From contig JAPETS010000003.1 of assembly GCA_026023565.1 (NCBI GenBank), forward strand, positions 1,240,001 through 1,304,000: DNA of 64,000 nucleotides, in the 5' to 3' direction. A program made the position numbers and the translations under genes. The notes under the pieces are model-generated. The model was not told where the DNA came from. It was given only the letters and a program-made list of their open reading frames with translations, and did no database searches. This DNA is from Cirrosporium novae-zelandiae (lineage: Eukaryota). Positions 55,648-64,000 of the stretch are shown piece by piece. Numbering within the stretch: the first letter of the stretch is position 1; each line of letters begins with the position of its first letter.

Positions 55648-58243
55648 ATGGCTGCTGATTCTTCAATGGACCCTTTTCTTAAGGGTGAGACCTCACGCAA
55701 TGTTCGAGGCCTATTAAGGCTGGTAATTCTCGTTACAATTGCGGCCGCAGCCATAGCTTCGAGGTTATTCTCAGTGATTCGTAAGTGAAGCCAAGTGTTT
55801 AAACCTCTATTTTTTTTGCAATGCAGTCGCTAACTTGGCTCAATGTAGGGTTTGAGAGCATCATTCACGAATGTACGTCCAGCGATAGCTTCTCCATTTT
55901 ACCCATGGATCATTTATTAACTTTATGATACTTGCGATCTAATATGGGCTGCAGTTGATCCTTGGTTCAATTTCAGAGCTACAAAATATCTTGTGAATAA
56001 CGGCTTTTACAGCTTTTGGGATTGGTTTGATGATCGTATGTTTTTCACCTTCCCAAAGATCTCTCCCCGCAGGTCAATACGTGAAGGCTGGATACTAATA
56101 GTAGCATAGGAACATGGCATCCCTTAGGTCGTGTAACTGGAGGGACATTGTATCCTGGACTTATGGTCACCAGCGGTGTCATATACCATATTCTTCGTTT
56201 CCTTTCGGTCCCAGTTGATATTCGGAACATATGTGTTCTTCTCGCTCCTGGATGCTCAGGCCTTACAGCTTTCGCAACATACTTTTTTACTTCGGAGATG
56301 TCTGATTCCCCCTCTGCGGGTCTTCTTGCAGCGGCTTTCATGGGCATATCTCCTGGTTATATTTCCAGATCTGTCGCTGGAAGCTACGACAACGAGGCCA
56401 TTGCAATTTTCCTCCTTGTCTTCACATTCTACCTTTGGATTAAAGCTTTAAAAAATGGGTCCGCAATGTGGGGTGCTCTGACAGCATTGTTCTATGGCTA
56501 TATGGTTTCGGCATGGGGTGGCTACGTCTTCATCACGAATCTTCTACCCCTTCATGCGTTTGTCCTTATATTAATGGGACGTTTCAGCCCCAGGCTCTAT
56601 GTCAGCTATACCACATGGTATGCCCTCGGGACATTGGCTAGTATGCAAATCCCATTCGTCGGATTTCTACCAATTCGAAGTAGCGAGCACATGTCTGCAT
56701 TAGGTAAGCTTTATAGATTTGGTATGCGAATTTCCTATAATGCTAATCCCAACAGGTGTGTTTGGCCTCCTCCAGATAGTTGCATTTGCGGAATTCCTAC
56801 GACAACAACTACCAGCTGGACACTTTCAAACTCTTATCCGCAGCTTGGTCCTTCTCATTTTCGGTGTATCGTTCCTCGGTCTAGTACTTCTTACTGTCTC
56901 GGGAGTTATTGCTCCCTGGACTGGCCGGTTTTACTCGCTCTGGGATACTGGATATGCTAAGATTCATATCCCCATCATTGCTTCCGTATCAGAGCATCAG
57001 CCAACCGCCTGGCCAGCATTTTTCTTCGATCTAAATTTCCTTATATGGCTATTCCCCGCCGGCGTGTACATTTGTTTCCAGAACCTCAAAGACGAGCAGG
57101 TGTTCATTGTGATCTATGCGGTTCTAGCTAGCTACTTTGCCGGTGTGATGGTCCGTTTAATGCTAACTTTGACGCCGGTTGTCTGTGTGGCTGCTGCGCT
57201 AGCATTGTCTCATATGTTGGATACATATTTGGATGCAAAGACGCCATCATTAGACAAGCTTGCCGGTGGAAATACGAATGTAGCAACCCCTAAGAACTCT
57301 TCGGCATTTTTAACCGACACTTTTCGAGCAGCCTCAAAGCCAATCATTGGAATTTACTCGAACCTCTCGAAGGCTGTTATGGTTGTCTCCCTCACTGTTT
57401 ACCTTCTTCTCTTCGTGCTTCACTGCACGTGGGTGACCTCTAATGCCTATTCTTCACCTTCTGTAGTCCTGGCTAGTAGAATGCCAGATGGAAGTCAACA
57501 TATTATTGATGACTACCGTGAGGCCTATTATTGGCTTCGGCAGAACACTCCAGATAATGCCAAGATTATGTCATGGTGGGATTATGGCTATCAGATTGGG
57601 GGAATGGCTGATCGGCCCACCCTAGTGGATAATAATACTTGGAATAATACTCACATTGCTACTGTTGGCAAAGCAATGAGCTCCCGTGAGGAGGTCAGCT
57701 ACCCAATCCTTCGGCAGCATGATGTCGACTATGTTCTTGTCGTCTTTGGCGGTCTTCTGGGGTATTCGGGAGATGATATCAACAAATTCCTTTGGATGGT
57801 CCGGATTGCACAGGGAATCTGGCCAGATGAGGTCAAAGAGCCTGATTTTTTCACGGCTAGGGGAGAATATAGGGTCGACGACGAGGCGACTCCAACTATG
57901 AAAAATAGTTTGATGTGAGAAATTGTATTTCGCTACGTGTGCTGTTTCTAGAAAGCTAATGTTGTGTGACAGGTATAAAATGTCCTACTACAATTACAAC
58001 AGCCTCTTTCCCAACGGTCAGGCAACTGATCGGGTACGAGGGTCGAGACTTCCTGCTGAAGGCCCCCAGCTGAGTACGCTAGAAGAAGCCTTTACCAGTG
58101 AGAACTGGATCATTAGAATTTACAAGGTCAAAGACCTTGATAATGTTGGGCGAGATCACGCAAGTGCTATGGCGTTTGAAAAAGGACATAAGAAGAAGCG
58201 GGCAGCAAGACGGAGAGGGCCTAGGGTTCTCCGGACGGAGTAG
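55648..58243 (+). CDS. STT3: Oligosaccharyltransferase catalytic subunit STT3; exons 55648-55780, 55849-55872, 55955-56035, 56110-56703, 56756-57914, 57973-58243
   Basis: RLFSVIRFESIIHEFDPWFN across a 24-nt micro-exon, [36 protein letters not shown]. Confidence 0.97.
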
Positions 58244-59774
58244 ATAGTAGAGATGCGGATGAATCGACGGCGTCTTTTTTTATTTTTCAGTTTTTCTTTT
58301 TTTTTTTGGTTTAGGTGGCATGTGTAAGCCGGGAGGGATATGGATGGTTACACGAGAAAAAAAATCAAAAAGAAAAGAATAGCTGTACGCTATGATTGGG
58401 CGCATTTTCCGTGGGATTGCCTAAGATAGAACGTCATGTCAAAAGTGAAAAGCATTTGTTTAGTTGAGGGAGGCTTTTCCAGGCACTGCATAGGGGGGAT
58501 TGATTCTCACTTGTTAAGGTCCTGTCTAGGACTGCCACGTGCAGCAGAGTCAGAAGTACCAAAATAACTGAGCAGTCACAGAGCAGTCACAGCGGCTAAG
58601 AAAAACAAATGGGAGAAGGGCACTATTAGCTACCGTAAGGAATAATAGAAAATCAAATTTTATTATGATTTTGGTGAGTCAAGTGGTCAGAAATGGTACT
58701 TGTCGCCAGTATATTTGTTGTTCATTTGTTCCGAACATGTCCTTGAATCTCAGCCCCATGCCCCATGGCGATGGCGCTGCGGTGCAGCAGTCCAAGACCC
58801 TAAGAGTTTTCGTACTGTAACCTGCAGCAGTTCATGCACCACTTCGAAGATGTTGAATATGCCCTAACAGGCTAACAGTTTTTGGCGCCGAGATGCCCTA
58901 TGTTTGTGATACTAATGGGGCACCATTAGTTTTCCATTATTCCCGAATAGCCCTCGTTTGGTGTTTGTGTGGGCAAGCCGTTTTCTAAAGCGCGCGCATT
59001 GCTGCCCAACTCAATATGACTGAATATCCTTCATCTTCATAGTAATCCTTAGTACTTTATTTTAATCCCTTGTCATTGTTGGGCTCCGGGGCTGATCTTA
59101 AGGAATATGGAAACAGGACTAAAGCGGAATGAAGCGGGTTGTGTACCAGGACATTGCCAGTGGATCCAATCAATATCCCACTATCAATTTTGTAGACGCC
59201 ACAATCCTTTTTCTGTCCAAATGCATATTTTTTTGACGTCTTCCCTACATTGATAATGCTTCTCACTCTTCCAACACTTCCTCTTCATCCAAAATTCAAG
59301 GCCACGATATTCGCAACAACCGCCCATCATCGCTTTTGCTACTTGATTGATTCGCTGACCATCTCTCTGACTATTTCCATGTCTAGCCAAATAAAACAAC
59401 GTCTTACTTCATCTTTTACATCCCATAGGTCTTTCTGCGATTACCACAACCACTACAACCATAGCAATAACCACCATTATTATCCCGCTCACATTTATAG
59501 CAATATCTTTGAATGTCCGTGCTGGTCTTATGTTGTATGCATATACCCTACATGACATGAGCCTCAGACCAAACCTGAGAACATTTCATACATCATATCT
59601 GAGCTAGGCTCGCATGTTTGCATAGATCCACGAGCAGCATACTGCCACGACTCATTCACCACTTGCCTCCTCGATTGCTGAGGTATCGACAATATTAGCA
59701 GCAATCAAGCGTGTTACCGGAGCTCAAATCAATATTAGCATCCTTATCTTCACTAGCTCTGCTTAACCATCGTC

Positions 59775-62700
59775 ATGCCTTCATATTCTTCCTCTTCTGT
59801 CGTTCGCCCCGCCGCATGGGTTAGAGATAAGCACAGCCGGCATTCCCATTCCACCAGCAGGACACGAAGCTCAAGAATTCATTCCCACTCATCGGAAGCT
59901 CGTGTTCATAGCTCTCCTCCCCCAGTTCATAGCTCGGCGCATATCTCTCCGCGTCCAATTCATAGCTCTGTTCATAGCTCAGTGCATATCTCCCCGCGTC
60001 TAGCCCGGAGGTCTCCACCTCCTTTGCCTCCCCTGTATGGGCAACAGAACGTCACTTTAGATGACCTTCCAGCATTACCCGAGTCAACGGCCGCCTCACC
60101 ATCGCCTTCACCAGCCCCAAGTGTGTGGCAATTTGAAGATCGAGGCCCAACACCTTTGAGCTTGAGCCTGTCTATTAGCTCACTTAAAGAGCTTGAGACC
60201 AAACACCGGAGCCTCCAACCTACTGTGGAGGATGACCCTAGTGAACCTCCTACTCCAAAGCCAACTTCGAAACCCGAGTATATTCTAGAAGAGGTTTATC
60301 CAACTTCTGTTCAGAAAGAAGCCAAGCCAAGTCCGGCCCCGAGTCAAAAGGAAGAGAAGTCCCCTGTTCAAAGGAGACCAGACACTTCTCCGACCTTAGA
60401 CGTCACGGGAGAAGTCCCGTCTACTTCAAAAGAGTCGAAGATTCAATCGACATCCAATCACAAACGAGAAATATCCCTTGTTCCAAAAGATAAATCAGGT
60501 TCAAAAGAGCCAAAGCCCTTCGTGTCCCAAAGCATCAAAGGAGACAAATCACCGCTACAGAAAGAAATAAAGCTCGTTAGAGGACCAAGTCGAAAGCGTG
60601 AAAAATCTCCCGTGAAAAGGGAAGCCAAACGCGTTTCAACCCTCGGCCGAAGAGAGGAGAAAGCACCCCCTGCTCTCGAACAGGACATTCCAGACAGACG
60701 CAACACAAGGTCTGCTGAGCTTCCAATTACTCCTACTGAGTCTGAGCTTCCTTCAAGACCATTGTCGTCGGATTTCTCACAACGAGTCAAGTTTGCAAAT
60801 CAAATAGACGAGATTATACCGTCCTATCCTTACCCCTTGTTAGGATCTCCGCAGTTCGATCCCCCTTCGTGTCCACAATCACCAAGCAACCAGCAACTAG
60901 TCACCCTTGCGGACCAAACGATCGCACAATACACCCAAGGCTTTCCTCAGTCACCCGTACTTGGCTATCAACCTCCTCCAGGGTCGCCTAGCTTTATTGG
61001 CCCTATTCCTCCACCTCAGATCTACGGTCCTGCTTATACGGGACCACCTTTCCTGCCTTTTCGACCTCCTCCTCCTCCATATCCAATGGCATCTCCACCG
61101 CCCGTACAACCCCCTCCAATGTTCCAATCTCCTATGGGATACCCTATGTATGGCGGTCCACCGCCAGGGCAATATCCTTTCCGTCCTTTCCCGCACCCAA
61201 CAATGTCGCCTAGTATGCATGCCACTGATAGCTCTCTAGCTACTAGCAGTGAACTGGCAAATAGTTATGAGGCTTCCACCCCTCGTGCTGGTTCTATAGA
61301 TATACCACCATCTCTATCCGGAGTTGAAGACGATGCTGCGGGGCTACTTGAACGCCTGCAGCGAGCTATTCCGGATCTCAACGTTCTTCTTGAGAAGTAT
61401 CGGTTCACGTCTAACCAACTTGGGGTCAAGGAGACTCTAAGTAAAAGAGTCAGTGAACTTGAAGATTTGTTTAACAAGAAAAACAGTTATTGTGATGACT
61501 TGAGAGATGAAAAGGAAAGACTCTCGAAGGAAAGAGATCAATTGGGGAAGGAAAGAGATCAGCTAGAAAGGGAGAGAGACCAGCTGGAAAGGGACAAAAA
61601 CCAGCTTCAAAATAAGACTAGCGAGCAAGCATCCGAGAACAGTAGACTTCGCATGCAATTCGGGAATCTCGAGGAGAAACAAGAAGAGCTGATAGAAAAT
61701 ATCTCCCAGATGGAAAAGAAGCAAGCTGACCTCATGAGTGCTAATGAAGCATTGGAGAAAGACAAACTGGAGACCGAGACACGTCTCAACGGAGAACTTG
61801 AATTGCTGAAGGAAGAGTTTGAAGCCTTTAGGGTATCGGCAAAGGAATCACAAGAGGCTGCCGAGAAGGAACTAGAAGACCTCAAACAACAACACGAAGC
61901 CTCACTGAAAGAATCACAAGAGGCTGCCGAGAAAGAACTGGAAAACCTCAAACAACAACATGAAGCTTCATTAAAAGAATCACAAGAGGCTGCCGAGAAG
62001 GGACTAGAAGACCTCAAACAACAACATGAAGTCTTGCTAAAAGAGGCTCAAGATCAACATGAAGCTTCATTGAAAGAGGCTAAAGACCAACACGAACACC
62101 AAATTGAAGAGATGTCTACCAAATTTCAGGAGGAGAAAGATACTATGCAGATGGACTGGAGCCAACAACGAGAGTCTATGGAAAATGCCTGGTCTGCCCA
62201 GAAAGAGAACATGCAGGCAGAGTTTTCTGCACAATTAGAGTCGAAGGAGGCCGACCTGATAAAGCAGAAAACCGATGCCTTAGCCGAACTGAAAGCTACC
62301 ATGGAGACAGATTTCGCTGGACAGAAGGCTTCAATGGAAGCCAACTTAACCAAGCAAAAAGATGATGCATTGGCTCAACAGAAAGAGTCACTAGAAAGCC
62401 AATGGTCTCAAAAAAGGCAAACCCTCCAAGACGAACACGAACAAGCTTGCAAAGAGCTCGAGGAAAGGGTCGAAGCCATCAAAGAAGAGGCAATCGAAAA
62501 ACTAGAGAAAGGTGGCGAGATTTGGCGAAAGAAGATGTCCGAGCTTGAGCACGAATCTGAAGAAGAGCGAAGGAGGAGCAAGAACCTAGAACATCAAATA
62601 ACAGTACTCAAGAGCCAGCATCGCAAGGATAAGGAGAACCTGAAGCGTGATTATTCGAAGAATCGTCACAAGGATAACGACGAACTACAGAAAGATCTTG

Positions 62701-64000
62701 TTGCGGCTAAGTCGAAATACAAAGGAGAGCTCAGACGGATAGCAGATGTCTTTGACGACGAAAGAAAAAAGCTTTTTCAGAAGATCGAAGCATTAGGAGA
62801 CACAGCTGACCTGAAGAGCAAAGGAGATGCCTACTAGTGAGTCATGCCAGGAGGAGCTATATATCATGAATCTGTACTGCTCACACCTCCTCAAGCAATC
62901 ATCACCATTTTTGACCACCGTCTTGCCACACAGCCATTGTCATCCTTTGACTCGCTGACTGGATTCCAGCATTGATATCATCCAGCGACTTTCACGAGAT
63001 ATCATGAATATGTCTCGAGAGCACTTTCAGAATCTACCTATCACACCTCCCGACGAGGTCCTAAAGAAGATTCCTGCAGGCTTACCGAACTTTGTTGAAA
63101 ATACGCAAGCCTCACGGAATCTTAGATGTGCCTACGTGCAGCATTTAATCTGGAACATCCTTACCTATCGAATTTTCCAGCCATTCCTTTTCACTCTTGG
63201 GTTCCGGTTTGATAATGTAAATACCTTTCTACAAAACATTTCCAAGGAGATGCACAGCAAATCATACCGAAGAGAGGCTGTATGGAGGCAACAAACACTT
63301 CGTGCCGCATATACAGCCTCTAACTCAAAACAGCATGTTAACGTTGTAGCTGCAACCATCAGGGATGAAATTGTCAACGAGATCAAGCATTTTGCGGACC
63401 CCGGTCGGCTAGATTCGATCAGCCAATCAGTCCGTTCAATTGTGAAGATTTCTGCAGAAGTATGGAGATACGCTAAGATCGAAAGAGAACTCATTACTGC
63501 CACGATGCCTGCCGCTGAAGACGAGAGCGAACAGTCTAATACCTTGCTTGAGTTTGTCAACGCATTGTCAGAAACGTACAACCCACCCTCTCCTAGAGAC
63601 CATAGCCGTAAAGTTATTCTTCGATTGGTGCCAACCATTACTCGGGAGTCATTACACCCAGACCCGACAAAAGAAGGAAAGGCCGAGAACATGACCAAAG
63701 ATGATGATCAGAAGCCTTGTGTATTCCTACCTGGAGTTGCGCTATTCTCTGACTCTCCAGCTGTAGTGGCCCGCCAGAAAGAGTTGGAACTGAAGATCTC
63801 CGGGCCCTCTGATTGTCATGTTGGGAGAGAATCAGTGGAAGAAGGTCGGACCATTTTTGAACCAACACCACCGTCAAGCCCTTTAAAGCTGCGAATAAAC
63901 AGCGTGATGAGCCAGAGACCTCTATCTCCTCTTGTTTCAGCAAGTCAAGTAAAGGCAAACGACATTAGCTCACCCCGTACCAGTATTGCAACAGACATTC
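59775..64000 (+). CDS. Large Pro-rich and coiled-coil protein of unknown function, cut by the window edge; exons 59775-62836, 62970->64000
   Basis: The 1020-aa ORF ends at donor gtgagt (62837). Branch gctgac and acceptor ttccag (62969) give an in-frame second exon (YIDIIQRLS...AYVQHLIW...IFQPFLFTLG...EAVWRQQTL...) that stays open to base 64000. Confidence 0.88.
61842..62099 (+). repeat. Coding tandem repeat: three 66-nt units followed by one full and one partial 33-nt unit
   Basis: KESQEAAEKELEDLKQQHEASL-type units start at 61842, 61908 and 61974, followed by KEAQDQHEASL and KEAKDQHEH. Confidence 0.9.

Noticed and set aside
13488..58243. Apparent functional clustering (SDH3, NDUFB10-type and ATP21; MNN10, PMT4 and STT3)
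   Set aside because: The genes are widely spaced and interleaved with unrelated ones; these large functional classes co-occur by chance in gene-dense regions.
15331..63958. Numerous antisense or alternate-frame ORFs overlapping real genes (e.g. 24327-24971, 36735-37322, 63165-63698)
   Set aside because: Expected shadows of acidic or Ser-rich coding sequence, with no motifs of their own.
1..64000. TGA-CTA readthrough signals creating cryptic PTS1, tRNA genes, intact transposons
   Set aside because: The stop contexts I checked for the recognised genes lack the motif. I saw no cloverleaf, transposase or reverse transcriptase ORF, LTR pair or TIR pair.

Overview
Gene-dense 64 kb segment of a filamentous ascomycete (Pezizomycotina) chromosome. 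The evidence is short GT/GC-AG introns with CTRAY branch points and typical fungal housekeeping orthologues. I reconstructed 24 protein-coding genes by hand, two of them cut by the window edges. Recognised genes: AMP deaminase, S-adenosylmethionine decarboxylase (SPE2), TAF6, SDH3, MNN10, PSO2/SNM1, a complex I NDUFB10-type subunit, LSM2, RPE1, GLC8/inhibitor-2, an FSH serine hydrolase, PEX5, a two-RRM protein, PMT4, ATP synthase subunit e, dynein intermediate chain and STT3. The rest are uncharacterised fungal proteins. I found no tRNA, rRNA, intact transposon, CRISPR array or secondary-metabolite core gene. The most interesting signals are regulatory. (1) The SPE2 5' leader holds an intron-split AUG uORF whose UAA is followed directly, in frame, by a 60-codon AUG-less frame ending ...PPNGRPP-stop, plus several hairpins: a candidate polyamine-sensing translational switch. 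(2) MNN10 has a candidate CUG-initiated N-terminal extension. (3) Competing splice donors in GLC8 would swap its acidic tail for a hydrophobic one. (4) The dynein intermediate chain has a frame-required GC-AG intron. (5) One start codon is split by an intron. (6) There are recognisable HapX/CBC, MCB-like, FarA/B and CRE promoter elements. All gene names come from recognised motifs, not database searches, and exon boundaries are manual inferences.
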